A stretch of 64,000 nt of DNA, from contig JBAXAI010000014.1 in the NCBI GenBank assembly GCA_037142615.1, forward strand, positions 1-64,000. Direction: 5' to 3'. The position numbers and the translations under genes are program-made. Below, in pieces: positions 50,320 through 60,256 of the stretch. The notes under the pieces are model-generated. The model was not told the origin of the DNA, made no database searches, and saw only the letters and a list, made by a program, of their open reading frames with translations. How positions within the stretch are numbered: the stretch's first letter is position 1; every line of letters begins with the position of its first letter. Source of the DNA: Spirochaetales bacterium (GTDB lineage: Bacteria; Spirochaetota; Spirochaetia; JABEVK01).

Positions 50320-52364
50320 AGCAGGTCCCCCACTGTCAGGCCCTGTTCGGCGGCCCGTCCCCCCGAATCCTCGTGAACGGCGAGGTACGAATATTGGTCG
50401 GCGAGCTTCGGGTCGGCTTTGCGTACGGCCGCCAGCGTGGTGCTGGCCTTGTCGAGCTGGTTGGTCTGGGCCTGCACCTTGGCGAGGTTCACCAGGTACT
50501 TCGGGTTGTCGGGGCTGGTCTTGAGGGCCCTCTGGTAGTAAACCTCGGCCGCCGGGTAGTCCTGGCCGAGCAGCGACAGGTTGCCCAGGTTGACGAGCGA
50601 CGGACCATAGTCGCCCTTCGTCAGCGCGGCTTGAAACTCTCCTTCTGCGGCTGCCATCCGTCCAAAGCGGGCGTCAACAACCCCCCGGTCGTTGTGATCC
50701 TTGGGCGTCAGCGTCGAAGTGCCTCGTGCCTTGTCGAGCGCCGCGATTCGAAAGCCCAGTTCCCCCTCGACCAGGGTCGCCAGTTCGCGGCGAAAGGTCG
50801 TGGTCACTTGAACCGGGTCGGGCAAGGAGGTCTTTTCGGTGGTGGCCGGCAAGCCGACCGGCTGGTAGACCTTCCACGCTTCCCGGATGGGGTAAAAGGC
50901 CGCCGTTCCGTCGGTGGTACCCAGCTTCCACTGCTTGGCCCCTTCCTTCCAGGAATCGAGGAACCCATTGGCCCGAAGCGTGGTCTCGATGGGCAACCAC
51001 ACTGCGCCGTCACGGACAATCAGTTGCGAGCCGAGGCTGAGCGAGCCCGGAATCTGCTCGGGGGTCAGCTTGAGCTTGATCGCCATCAGGATGTGCCCGG
51101 GAACCGTGATGAAGGCCGCTTCGATGCCCACCGACTCAAAAAACGAGGCGTAGAGAATCGAAAGGTCGGAACAATCGCCGGCCTTGTAACTGAGCGTCTG
51201 CCGGGGAAACTTCAGGAAGTCCACCGTCAACGGATCGACCTTTGTCTTGCCGAACGGGCTGGTGGGGCTGACAGCGTACCCGAGGCCGAGAAGCCGGAGG
51301 CCCTCGTGAAAGGCAATCGCGGTTTGCAGGTTCTTGTCGATGCCGGGGTTGCGCGAGTCTTGAACCGCTGCGGTGATCTGGTTCGACAGCTCGAGCACCC
51401 AGGGGTCCTTGCCCGACACGAAGGCGGCGGCTTTTCGGTCGTCGTCCCACGTCATGGCGTTGCGGTCGTATACCTTGAGCGTCGCCGTTTTTTCCAAAGT
51501 CTGCACATCGACACTGTCGCGGTACTCGACAGAAATCTGGCTGGTGGCCTTGGTCGCCTCGGTGACGTCAAGAATGTTGTCCTGAAAGAGCGCAAACAGG
51601 TCGACCACGCGGGACTCGCCCGGGCGCAACTGATCGAGGACGGCGCACTCCTTGGGAGCGTCCATATACTGCTTGTTGAAGAACGTGACTCGGATGTCCT
51701 TGGCCACTTCCTGGCTGATGTTGCGAATCTGAATGCTGCCGAGGCTGTGGTCGTCGTAGTAGTTTTTGAACACGGGGAACACGTTGTCGAGTGAGACGGT
51801 GCCAAAGTCAACCAGCCGGACCCGTGCAGCCTTTCCGGCCAGCGACGCGCTGTACGCCGTCGACAACGACAGCGTTGCACCGCCGACAAGCCCGGGGTAC
51901 CAGCGGTAGCCGGCGTCCAGGCCGAGCTGGAAACTCGGGTCGGGGGACCATTGGAGCTTGAGGCCCGCCGTTGCCAGCCCGTTGCCGGCATTTTGACTGC
52001 CATCGCTCACCTGACCCCAGGCGTAACCACCCTGCAACCAAGGGGTCACCTCGAGCCCGGCGCCCAGCCCGATGGGAAAAGCCAAGCCGCCCTCGGCACG
52101 GTACAGCACCAGCGAGTCTTTGCTCCGTAAGGGAAGCCAGTCGGAACCCACTTCGAGGCGGGGGGTGACCAGCGGCACCAGGTGGCTGAGGCCCAGCAGG
52201 ACCGACCCCCCCGCACCGGCGGCGAAGTATTCGGCATTTTCGCCGGCAGGAAGCAGGCCGACCGGTTCCAACGCAAGGTCGAGTCCCGGTCTCACTTGGG
52301 CGGCCAGGGGCGCAAGCGCCCCGACCAGCAGCAGAAGCAACAGTTTTCCCATGGTGTCCCTCAT
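50310..52364 (-). CDS. Exported protein: barrel-like N-terminus, Ig-like domain, transglutaminase-like core, TPR tail
   Basis: AGDCSDLSIL, VPGHILMA, WLPIETT (C/H/E candidates); TPR units LVNLGNL..AEVYYQRAL. Confidence 0.75.
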   Translation of the reverse strand: MRDTMGKLLLLLLVGALAPLAAQVRPGLDLALEPVGLLPAGENAEYFAAGAGGSVLLGLSHLVPLVTPRLEVGSDWLPLRSKDSLVLYRAEGGLAFPIGLGAGLEVTPWLQGGYAWGQVSDGSQNAGNGLATAGLKLQWSPDPSFQLGLDAGYRWYPGLVGGATLSLSTAYSASLAGKAARVRLVDFGTVSLDNVFPVFKNYYDDHSLGSIQIRNISQEVAKDIRVTFFNKQYMDAPKECAVLDQLRPGESRVVDLFALFQDNILDVTEATKATSQISVEYRDSVDVQTLEKTATLKVYDRNAMTWDDDRKAAAFVSGKDPWVLELSNQITAAVQDSRNPGIDKNLQTAIAFHEGLRLLGLGYAVSPTSPFGKTKVDPLTVDFLKFPRQTLSYKAGDCSDLSILYASFFESVGIEAAFITVPGHILMAIKLKLTPEQIPGSLSLGSQLIVRDGAVWLPIETTLRANGFLDSWKEGAKQWKLGTTDGTAAFYPIREAWKVYQPVGLPATTEKTSLPDPVQVTTTFRRELATLVEGELGFRIAALDKARGTSTLTPKDHNDRGVVDARFGRMAAAEGEFQAALTKGDYGPSLVNLGNLSLLGQDYPAAEVYYQRALKTSPDNPKYLVNLAKVQAQTNQLDKASTTLAAVRKADPKLADQYSYLAVHEDSGGRAAEQGLTVGDLLWN

Positions 52365-52393
52365 ACCTGACTAAGTATATCAGAAATAAGGGG

Positions 52394-53134
52394 TCAGCGG
52401 TACTTGCGGAGCAACGTGTCGAAAAAGCCTTCGTCTTTCAGAGCGTCGAGCTTGGCGAACAGCTTCGCGTTGAACACCGGGCCTTTGGTGTTGAGGGCCC
52501 ACTGGATGTTTTGGGTCGACAGCACGTAGGCCGCCATCGAAAGGCCCTTGTAGGCGGGATTCGTTTTGAGATCGTAGAGAGCCAGCAGGTCGGCGTGGAT
52601 GAAGCCGTCGATGCGGCCGGCCAGAAGCTTCTGGTAGTTTTGCGTCGGCGAGGTGACGTCACTGCGGAACACTTTTCCGTGATCGACCAGGTCTTGGAAG
52701 GCGGGGGGGTAGATGTAGCCCAAAAGTCCGCCGATGGTCTTTCCCTCGAGGTCGATCAAATGATCGTAGAGCAGTGACTTGTCGCTGCGGACGACCAACC
52801 TGTTCCGTTCGACAAACAGGGGGCCGCTGAAGGCCAGTACTTCGGGTTCTTCGGTCCACGCCGGGTTGAGAATCGGGCACACTTCATGCCTCGGATCGGC
52901 CAGCAGTTCGTCGACCATTCGTTTGCGGCTCATCTCGGTGAACACCACCGGCATGCCGAGGTCTTTTCCCACGCGCAGGGCGGTCTCGACCACAATGCCA
53001 CCGGTCGGTTTGTCGTGAGGCCCGAGCACGTAGGGTGCGGTGTTCCCGGCCTGAAGAACAATGACCAGCGGTTCCTGACCCGAAACCGACATCGCCGTGA
53101 ACAGGAGCATTGTCGCCCAAACGACCTTGTGCAT
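52394..53134 (-). CDS. Amino-acid-type substrate-binding protein (SBP_bac_3)
   Basis: APYVL..GIVVE, DLEGKTIG..LGYIY, KLLAGRIDG. Confidence 0.8.
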   Translation of the reverse strand: MHKVVWATMLLFTAMSVSGQEPLVIVLQAGNTAPYVLGPHDKPTGGIVVETALRVGKDLGMPVVFTEMSRKRMVDELLADPRHEVCPILNPAWTEEPEVLAFSGPLFVERNRLVVRSDKSLLYDHLIDLEGKTIGGLLGYIYPPAFQDLVDHGKVFRSDVTSPTQNYQKLLAGRIDGFIHADLLALYDLKTNPAYKGLSMAAYVLSTQNIQWALNTKGPVFNAKLFAKLDALKDEGFFDTLLRKYR

Positions 53135-53148
53135 GATCCTAGTGTAAT

Positions 53149-54051
53149 TCAGCCCTGCTGAGGATTCCAGAGCAGCCGAACAGCGCGAGCGAGTTCAGCG
53201 ATATGGGCCGGGGTGGTGCCGCAGCAGCCCCCGAGGATGTTCGCACCAGCACGGATGAGCGGTTCGGTCTGGCTGGCCATCAGGGCCGGTGTTTCCGGAT
53301 AAACGTCCTTGCCGTCTTTGTGTACGGGCAGACCCGCGTTGGCGTGCACCAGAATCGGCGTTTCGGGGCAGGCCTTGCGCATCTGCGCCACAATTTCGAC
53401 CATCCCGGCCAGGCCGTTGCCGCAGTTGCTCCCGATCACGTCGGCCCCGGCCTCGACAGCTCCCCGCGCGGCTTCGGCCGGCGACAGTCCCATCATGGTT
53501 CGGTAACTGCCGTCCGCCTGGCGGTCAAACGTGAACGTGCAGATCACTTCCAGTCGGGTTTGCGCTTTGGCGGCCCGGACGGCCAGGCAGGCCTCTTGCA
53601 GGTCGCTCATGGTTTCGACGCATAGCGCGTCGGCGCCGCCAAGCTCCAAGGCCCGCGCCTGCTCGCCAAAGGCTTCGAGCAGTTCGGCCTCGGTGACCTC
53701 TTCGGTGATCAGAAACTTACCCGTCGGCCCCATCGAAGCGATGACCCAGCGGTTGGGGCCGGCCTCTTGTCGCGACAACCGGGCGGCCGCCTCGTTGATT
53801 TCCGACGCACGCTCGGCCAAGCCGTAATGGGCAAGTTTGAGCCGGTTGGCACCGAAGCTGTTGGTTTGCACCATATCGGCCCCCGCCTCGACATAGCTGC
53901 GCGCAACCGCCGCCACGTCGTCGGGCCGGTCCAAGTTCCACAGCTCCGGGCACTCCCCAGGCTTGAGGCCTTTGAGCTGCAAGAAGGTTCCCCAAGCGCC
54001 GTCGGACACCAGCAACGACCCGGCTTTCACGGCATCGACCAGGCTTTTCAT
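53149..54051 (-). CDS. Stand-alone homocysteine S-methyltransferase-family protein
   Basis: DGAWGT, TNSFGA, GSNCG, ANAGLP, GGCCGTTP (Zn ligands). Confidence 0.9.
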   Translation of the reverse strand: MKSLVDAVKAGSLLVSDGAWGTFLQLKGLKPGECPELWNLDRPDDVAAVARSYVEAGADMVQTNSFGANRLKLAHYGLAERASEINEAAARLSRQEAGPNRWVIASMGPTGKFLITEEVTEAELLEAFGEQARALELGGADALCVETMSDLQEACLAVRAAKAQTRLEVICTFTFDRQADGSYRTMMGLSPAEAARGAVEAGADVIGSNCGNGLAGMVEIVAQMRKACPETPILVHANAGLPVHKDGKDVYPETPALMASQTEPLIRAGANILGGCCGTTPAHIAELARAVRLLWNPQQG

Positions 54052-55133
54052 GGCAACAGCCGAACCCGTTCAGGTTCGAAGCCGATCGACACGGCCGAGC
54101 CCTCGGCAAAGGCGGCCTTCGAGGCCGGGTCGTCTACCTGAACCATCACTTCGCCGAACGGGGTGTCAACAAAGGTCTCAACGCTGTGGCCCAGGTACAC
54201 GTTCATCCGAACAGTGCCCTCGACGCTTCCTTGGCCGGGGCTGAGCAAACGCAGCGACTCCGGTCGCGACATCAGCACGGCGCTTCCCGCCGCAGGTACG
54301 CCTGCTGCTCCCTGTGTTACCCGCAGGTTCTTCCCTCCCAACTGGCAGTCCCAGCCCCCCGCAACCGCCGTCACGGTGACCGGGAAAAAGGCCACCTTGC
54401 CCACGAAGCCGGCGACGAACGTGGTGGCGGGATTTTCATAAATGTCCGAGGGAGTGCCGATTTGCTGGATGACGCCGTCTTTCATCACGATGATGCGGTC
54501 CGAAAGGCTCATCGCCTCGACGCGGTCGTGTGTAACGTAGATGGCGGTGATCCCCAGGGTCTTCTGGATGCGTCGGATCTCGACGCGCATCTGCTCGCGC
54601 AACAGGGCATCGAGGTTCGACAGGGGCTCGTCGAGCAAGAGCACCGCAGGCTCCACGATCAGGCTACGGGCCAGCGCCACCCGTTGTTGTTGGCCTCCTG
54701 AAAGCCGTCCTGGCGAGCGGTCGGCGAGGTCTTGCAACCCGACGAGCTTGAGCGTGGCCTCGACCTTGGTCTGGATCTCGGCGGCAGGAACTTTTCGCAG
54801 GCGCAGGCCGTAGGCCACGTTGTCGAACACGTTCATGTGCGGAAAAAGGCCGTAGCTTTGAAACACCGTGGCCTTGTCGCGGGCGTTGGGGGGCAATTGC
54901 GACACGTCCTCGGTGCCGATGAGGATCTTGCCCGTCGTAGGGAGCTCAAACCCGGCGATCATGCGCAAGGTAGTCGTCTTGCCGCAGCCCGAAGGCCCGA
55001 GAAGCGTGACAAGTTCGCCAGGGGCGACGGTGAAGTCTGACCCGCTCACGGCGATCACGTCGTCGCGTCCCTTGGTGTTCTTGAACCGCTTGGTGACCCC
55101 CACGAGGGTCACCGAAACGCTGGTCTTGGGCAT
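54048..55133 (-). CDS. ABC ATPase, Fe3+/polyamine (FbpC/PotA) family
   Basis: GPSGCGKTT, LSGGQQQR, LLDEPLSNLD, TOBE-like tail. Confidence 0.93.
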   Translation of the reverse strand: MPKTSVSVTLVGVTKRFKNTKGRDDVIAVSGSDFTVAPGELVTLLGPSGCGKTTTLRMIAGFELPTTGKILIGTEDVSQLPPNARDKATVFQSYGLFPHMNVFDNVAYGLRLRKVPAAEIQTKVEATLKLVGLQDLADRSPGRLSGGQQQRVALARSLIVEPAVLLLDEPLSNLDALLREQMRVEIRRIQKTLGITAIYVTHDRVEAMSLSDRIIVMKDGVIQQIGTPSDIYENPATTFVAGFVGKVAFFPVTVTAVAGGWDCQLGGKNLRVTQGAAGVPAAGSAVLMSRPESLRLLSPGQGSVEGTVRMNVYLGHSVETFVDTPFGEVMVQVDDPASKAAFAEGSAVSIGFEPERVRLLP

Positions 55134-55142
55134 CGTCAGCTC

Positions 55143-57353
55143 CTATCTTGCAAAACTCTTGTCGGTGTGCCCTTCGTCGGGCACCAGCAGGCGCATCAGT
55201 CCAAAGGCGACAAACACGATCACGATCAGCGCGGTGGCGAGCACGCTGGCCCAGCCGAAGCGCAGCAGCTCCGAGAAATTGTAGATCTGCACGGTCAGGT
55301 GGTACCAGTTGGCCGAGATCAAGAAGATGATGGCACTCACCGCCGTCATCGAGCGCACGAAGGTGTACGACATTGTCGAAATGAACGCCGGCCGGATGAG
55401 CGGGAGCACGATGGTTCGGAACACCGTGGGCGTGTCGGCTCCCAGGTCCTGCGCCGCCTCTTCGATGGCAGGGTCGATCTGTCGCAGCGACGCCGAACCG
55501 TTCTCGAGGCCCACGGGCAACTCGCGGACAATGTAGTTGATCACGATGATGGCCGCCGTACCCACCAGGATGAGCGGCGGTTTGTTGAAGGCCAAAATGT
55601 AGCTGATGCCCAGCAGTGTGCCCGGAATAGCGAACGGCGTCATGATGAGAGCCTCGAGCAAACGCTTTCCCACAAACACTTTGCGCACAACGACCAGCGA
55701 GGCGATCATCGCCAGCACGCCGGCGATGGGGGTGGCCAGTGCCGCCAGGGTCACCGTGTCGGTGATGGCACGCCAGCCCCGGGTGAGGGCCTCGCCAAAG
55801 TTGTCGAGCGTAAAGGTGTAGTCGATGCCCCAGTTGCGCACAAAACAACCGGCCACGATGGTGGCGTACAGCGCGATGATCAGCACGATGCACAGGCCCA
55901 CAAAAATCGTCAGGGCCACGCGCACTGCCGGCGAAGCCAACTCGGTGAGCCGCATCGAGGGTTTGCCCGTCACCGTGACAAAACTGCGGCGGCTGACCCA
56001 GTACCGCTGGGCCATAAACGCCGTGAGCGTGGGCAGCAACAACAGGATCGACAGCGCCGCACCGCCGCCCAGGTCGTTCTGCCCGGTGACCGCCATGTAG
56101 GCCTCGGTCGACAGTACCCGGTACGAACCCGACAAAAGCAGGGGGTTGGCGAAGTCGGCCAGCGAGTTGGTGAACACCAGCAGCCACGCCGACAAAATGC
56201 CGGGCATGGCCAGCGGCAAGGTAATGGTGCGGAAGGTGTACCACCGCGTGGCCCGCAGGTCGAGCGCCGCGTCTTCCACCGTGGAATCGATGGCCTTGAG
56301 CACGCTCGAAAGGGTCATGAAGGCGATGGGGAACATGCTGATGGTCTGGACGATCACCAGCCCGTTGAGGCCGTAGATCGAAAAGCCGTGCAGACCCAGC
56401 AGTCCTTTGGTGATCAGTCCGTTGTTGCCAAACAGCAGGATGATGCTCAGGGTCAACGAAAACGGCGGCGAGATCACCGGGAGCGTGGCCAGGTTCGAGA
56501 TGAACTTCTTGCCACCCACCGAAGTGCGCTCCACCAAAAAGGCGAACGCGAAACCCAGAAGGGTCGAGATGGTAGCCGTCCACAAACCGAGTTGCACCGA
56601 GCCCCACAGGGCCACCAAATAGCGTGGCGAGAGCACCGTGGCCCAGGTTTCCAGTGTCCACTGGCCGCCCTTCCAAAAGGTCAGGCGCACCGACTCGAAC
56701 ATGGGGTAGGCCACAAACACGCCTACCACGGCAAACAGCCCCACGATGGCAAACCCCATCACCCGGTCGCGGGCGAAACTCACCACTGAGTAGATGACCA
56801 AGAACAGCAACAGCGCGATGAGCGCCAAGCCCCACAGCAGGCCCTGAAAGTCAGCGGCCACAGTAGACGCCGACAAGATGACCAGCGCGCCTCGCACTCC
56901 AGCACCCGTGTCGTCGGCAATCGGGGCAAACGACACACGACCAGAGAGAGGCGCGGCACCGGAAACCTCGACCGAGTAGGGCCCGGTCGTAGTGTAGGGT
57001 TCCAGGTAGTACACGCTATCGAGAGCCTTGACAAACTCTGGCAGGGAAAGGTTTTGTTGGTAAAGGGCCTTGAGTCCGCCGCTGCCGGGGCCCACGACGA
57101 ACTTGCCGGCGTCATCCACCGACAGGTACAGCGCCTCGCAGCCCGGCAGTACGGTTTGAACCGAGGCCATCCAGTCGCCCAGCAGTTCGGCCTTCACCGG
57201 GGCTGTCTGGGCAAAAAGACGGATCTCCTTGGTCTGGGAAGCCTCCATGAGTTTGGAGAACTCCCCCGACAGAGAGCTGAAGATACCTGCATCGACGGCC
57301 AGAAAAAGGGCCGCGACGAGGGCAAACCGAAGCAGCTTCTTTTTCGTGAACAT
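55143..57353 (-). CDS. FbpB-type double-domain ABC permease with an extra N-terminal extracytoplasmic domain
   Basis: Two EAA loops (EDAALDLRA, EEAAQDLGA), SLADFANP; about 190-aa TM-soluble-TM extension. Confidence 0.88.
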   Translation of the reverse strand: MFTKKKLLRFALVAALFLAVDAGIFSSLSGEFSKLMEASQTKEIRLFAQTAPVKAELLGDWMASVQTVLPGCEALYLSVDDAGKFVVGPGSGGLKALYQQNLSLPEFVKALDSVYYLEPYTTTGPYSVEVSGAAPLSGRVSFAPIADDTGAGVRGALVILSASTVAADFQGLLWGLALIALLLFLVIYSVVSFARDRVMGFAIVGLFAVVGVFVAYPMFESVRLTFWKGGQWTLETWATVLSPRYLVALWGSVQLGLWTATISTLLGFAFAFLVERTSVGGKKFISNLATLPVISPPFSLTLSIILLFGNNGLITKGLLGLHGFSIYGLNGLVIVQTISMFPIAFMTLSSVLKAIDSTVEDAALDLRATRWYTFRTITLPLAMPGILSAWLLVFTNSLADFANPLLLSGSYRVLSTEAYMAVTGQNDLGGGAALSILLLLPTLTAFMAQRYWVSRRSFVTVTGKPSMRLTELASPAVRVALTIFVGLCIVLIIALYATIVAGCFVRNWGIDYTFTLDNFGEALTRGWRAITDTVTLAALATPIAGVLAMIASLVVVRKVFVGKRLLEALIMTPFAIPGTLLGISYILAFNKPPLILVGTAAIIVINYIVRELPVGLENGSASLRQIDPAIEEAAQDLGADTPTVFRTIVLPLIRPAFISTMSYTFVRSMTAVSAIIFLISANWYHLTVQIYNFSELLRFGWASVLATALIVIVFVAFGLMRLLVPDEGHTDKSFAR

Positions 57354-57356
57354 CGA

Positions 57357-58352
57357 CTAGCGGCGCGAACCGATTTCGTCGTTCCAGCGCTTGACCAGCC
57401 GGTCCTTGTTGGCACCGTCCCACAGCAAGTCCTGGTCCAGAGCGTTGATCTTGCTCAGCGGGTAGGCCTTGGGGTGTGTCGGGGCGCCGGGGGCGACCAT
57501 CAGCAAGAAGTAGCCCGACATGACCTTCTGCGCCGAGGGGCCAAGCATCCAGTCGTAAAGCTTCTTGGCGTTCACCTGGTCTGTGCCACCCTTGACCATC
57601 GACATCGAGGCCAGTTCGAAGCCCGAACCTTCCGAAGGAGCGGTGATCGTCGCGTCGACGCCTTGGTTCAACTGCTTTACCTGGTCGTGGGCGTAGCCGA
57701 TGCCGATGGGGATTTCGCCGATGGCAACGCTCGCGGCGTACGCAGCGCCCGAACGGGTGTACTGGTCGACGTTGACGTCCAGCTTCTTCAGGTAGTCAAA
57801 GGTCTTGTTCTCGTCGCCCTTGAACACATAGCGGAGCGTCGTGATGATGTTATAGGCCGTGCCCGAGGTTCCGGGGTTGGCAACGCGGATCAGACCCTTG
57901 TACTCGGGCTTAAGCAGGTCGGCCCAGCTGGTAGGGGGCTTGATACCGAGCTCAGCAGCACGCTTGTTGTTCGTGAAGAACGTCAGCGGTCCGATGTAGA
58001 TGCCGGTCCAGAAGCTCTCCTTGTCGCGGTAAATGGCTGGGATGGTGTCGGCCACGCGCGATTTGTAGGCCACTGTCAGGCCCTTGTCTTTGCCTGAAAT
58101 GTGGTCGAGCCCCACGCCGCCTACCCAGATCGACACCTGGGGATTGGCTTTTTCGGCTTCCATGCGGGTGATGGCTTCGCCGCCCGACAGGCGTACGAAC
58201 TTCACCGCGATTCCGGTCTCTTTTTCGAACTGGGCGAACAGTTCCTTGGCCATCGCTTCGTCACACGAGGCGTAGGCGCTCACGCTCTGCTGGGCCAGGG
58301 CAACTCCGGTCAGGAGAAGCAGGGCTATCAAAGTGGTCACAACAACTTTCAT
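57357..58352 (-). CDS. ABC substrate-binding protein (AfuA/FbpA-like)
   Basis: FEKETGI, RLSGGE, EKANPQ, NPGTSGTAY. Confidence 0.9.
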   Translation of the reverse strand: MKVVVTTLIALLLLTGVALAQQSVSAYASCDEAMAKELFAQFEKETGIAVKFVRLSGGEAITRMEAEKANPQVSIWVGGVGLDHISGKDKGLTVAYKSRVADTIPAIYRDKESFWTGIYIGPLTFFTNNKRAAELGIKPPTSWADLLKPEYKGLIRVANPGTSGTAYNIITTLRYVFKGDENKTFDYLKKLDVNVDQYTRSGAAYAASVAIGEIPIGIGYAHDQVKQLNQGVDATITAPSEGSGFELASMSMVKGGTDQVNAKKLYDWMLGPSAQKVMSGYFLLMVAPGAPTHPKAYPLSKINALDQDLLWDGANKDRLVKRWNDEIGSRR

Positions 58353-58407
58353 TCAGATCCTCCAAGCCTTCATCTCAACCCGGGTTTCGCTGGTCCGCCA
58401 GTGTTTC

Positions 58408-58944
58408 TCAGTGGGTGTAGAGCCCTACTTCGCGCACTTCGAGCCGGGCCTCAAACGCCGCGCCGATGGCGACCACCGCCAGCCCCGAAAGCGCCGATAC
58501 CTTCACGTCGCCCCAAGCTCCGTAGTCGCCCGAAAAGCCCGTGAACGGCAGCCGTACCTCGGTCCAGTCGGCCGTTACGGGCAAGGTGCAGCGGTAGAAC
58601 TGCCAAGGGAACCAGTTTTGCGGAGTGCGCAAGTGCACGGCATACGGTCCCGGCGCGCCGCGGACCACCAGTCGCACCCCCTGCCAAGGACGCGCGTCGA
58701 GAGTTTTCCCCTCGCGGGTGAGCACCAGACGCATCTGCAAGAAGCCCCCGTTGTTCTCGGTACGCACTTTCCCCTGCAGGCGCAGGAACGGACGGTCCTC
58801 GGTGGTGACGATGCTCGACTGCATGTTGGTCAGGCCGCCCATCACCCGGTCGGTGAAGCCTTCCCAGCGCGTGCCCCACGTTGGCCCCGAGGAGGCGCGA
58901 AAGTCATCGAGCAGCAGTTCGGTGGTGGCCGGGGTGGGTTTCAT
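58408..58944 (-). CDS. CIA30-family protein
   Basis: FTDRVMGG, GKVRTENNGGF, EVRLPF. Confidence 0.88.
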   Translation of the reverse strand: MKPTPATTELLLDDFRASSGPTWGTRWEGFTDRVMGGLTNMQSSIVTTEDRPFLRLQGKVRTENNGGFLQMRLVLTREGKTLDARPWQGVRLVVRGAPGPYAVHLRTPQNWFPWQFYRCTLPVTADWTEVRLPFTGFSGDYGAWGDVKVSALSGLAVVAIGAAFEARLEVREVGLYTH

Positions 58945-59010
58945 GCCTTGAAGGTCGTTCTGCTGGCCGACAAAGGCAAACGTCGCTATCTTGGCAGCCA
59001 GAGGTACACC

Positions 59011-59793
59011 ATGCGACTGCTTCGCCTTGCCACCGCCACCGTGCTCCTGACCCTGCTCGGAGCCTGTTCCACCACCGGCATGCCCGCCGGTACGCCCGTC
59101 AAAGACCTGATCAACGTGACCTACCCCTCGCTCGACGGCAAACTCACCCTCGGCGGCTATTTGGCCAAGCCGAGCGCGCCCGGAAGCTACCCAGCGGTGC
59201 TCATGGTGCACGAATGGTGGGGACTCACCGAGGAAATGGACCGCAAGGCCGACCTCTTGGCCCAGGATGGGTTCGTCGTTCTCGCCATCGACGCCATGCG
59301 CGGCCGCAGTGCCAACTCGGTGCCAGCCGCCATCCTTCAGGTGTCGACCACCCCCAAGGACCAGATCGACGCCGACGTCGATGCCGCGCTGGCCTACCTC
59401 AAGGCCTTGCCCGAGGTCGACGCCACCCGCGTGGGGGCCACCGGCTTCTGCTTTGGTGGCACCACCACCATGCGCCTGGGCATCCGCGACGGTTCGCTCA
59501 AGGCCGCCGTGATCTTCTACGGTTCGGGTCCCGTGACAGACGTGGCCAAGCTCGGCCACTTGGGCGAAAGTGGTCCCGTCTTGGGGATCTTTGGCACCAA
59601 AGACAGCAACATCCCCACCGCGCAGGCCGTGGCCTTCAGCGACGCGCTCAAGGCCAAGGGCGTGGGCGAGGTGCACCTGTACGAGGGCGAAGGCCACGCC
59701 TTCGTCAAGTACGACACCCTCAGCGTTCCCGGCGCCTCGCAAGATGGCTGGAATGAGATGAAGGCCTTTCTCGAGCGCAATCTGAAGGGGTAA
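59011..59793 (+). CDS. Dienelactone hydrolase-family lipoprotein
   Basis: Lipobox LLGAC, HEWWGL, GFCFGG, YEGEGHAF. Confidence 0.9.
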   Translation: MRLLRLATATVLLTLLGACSTTGMPAGTPVKDLINVTYPSLDGKLTLGGYLAKPSAPGSYPAVLMVHEWWGLTEEMDRKADLLAQDGFVVLAIDAMRGRSANSVPAAILQVSTTPKDQIDADVDAALAYLKALPEVDATRVGATGFCFGGTTTMRLGIRDGSLKAAVIFYGSGPVTDVAKLGHLGESGPVLGIFGTKDSNIPTAQAVAFSDALKAKGVGEVHLYEGEGHAFVKYDTLSVPGASQDGWNEMKAFLERNLKG

Positions 59794-59796
59794 GCC

Positions 59797-60090
59797 CTAC
59801 ATTACCCGGATGAGTTGGTCGTCTTCCATCCGGAACACCTCGGCGAAGGCCATCATCGCCTTCCCGAAACTGGGGTCCTTCATCAGGCCAATCGAGAATT
59901 GCTCCTCGTCGGCCAGCGAGTCAAACTTGGCCACGAAGCGGTATTCTGCGATGGGCCCCGCGATGTTGCCCCACGCCTCAACACCCTTGGTCTGCGGTTG
60001 CCTGGCCCAGCAATCCAACAGCCCCTTGGCCGCTTCTTCCATCTTTCCCCAGTCCCCTGTGATCACTGCCCTGCGAATCAAGTACACCAT
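59797..60090 (-). CDS. Small protein, NIPSNAP/dimeric alpha-beta barrel-like
   Basis: GGAGG RBS; KFDSLADEE motif resembles NIPSNAP-like proteins. Confidence 0.55.
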   Translation of the reverse strand: MVYLIRRAVITGDWGKMEEAAKGLLDCWARQPQTKGVEAWGNIAGPIAEYRFVAKFDSLADEEQFSIGLMKDPSFGKAMMAFAEVFRMEDDQLIRVM

Positions 60091-60256
60091 GGTGTGCCTC
60101 CTGTTGCCAGCATAAGCCAGAAAGCTGAGTTAGCAAGTCAGAAATAGAGGAGCAGTCAGCGGGAGCAGAGAAAATCCTTAACGTCTCCGCTGAAAAAGCA
60201 TAAAAATCAGCAGAGTCGCTGTTGATTTCTGGAGTCCTGACCGCTAAGATGTCGGT

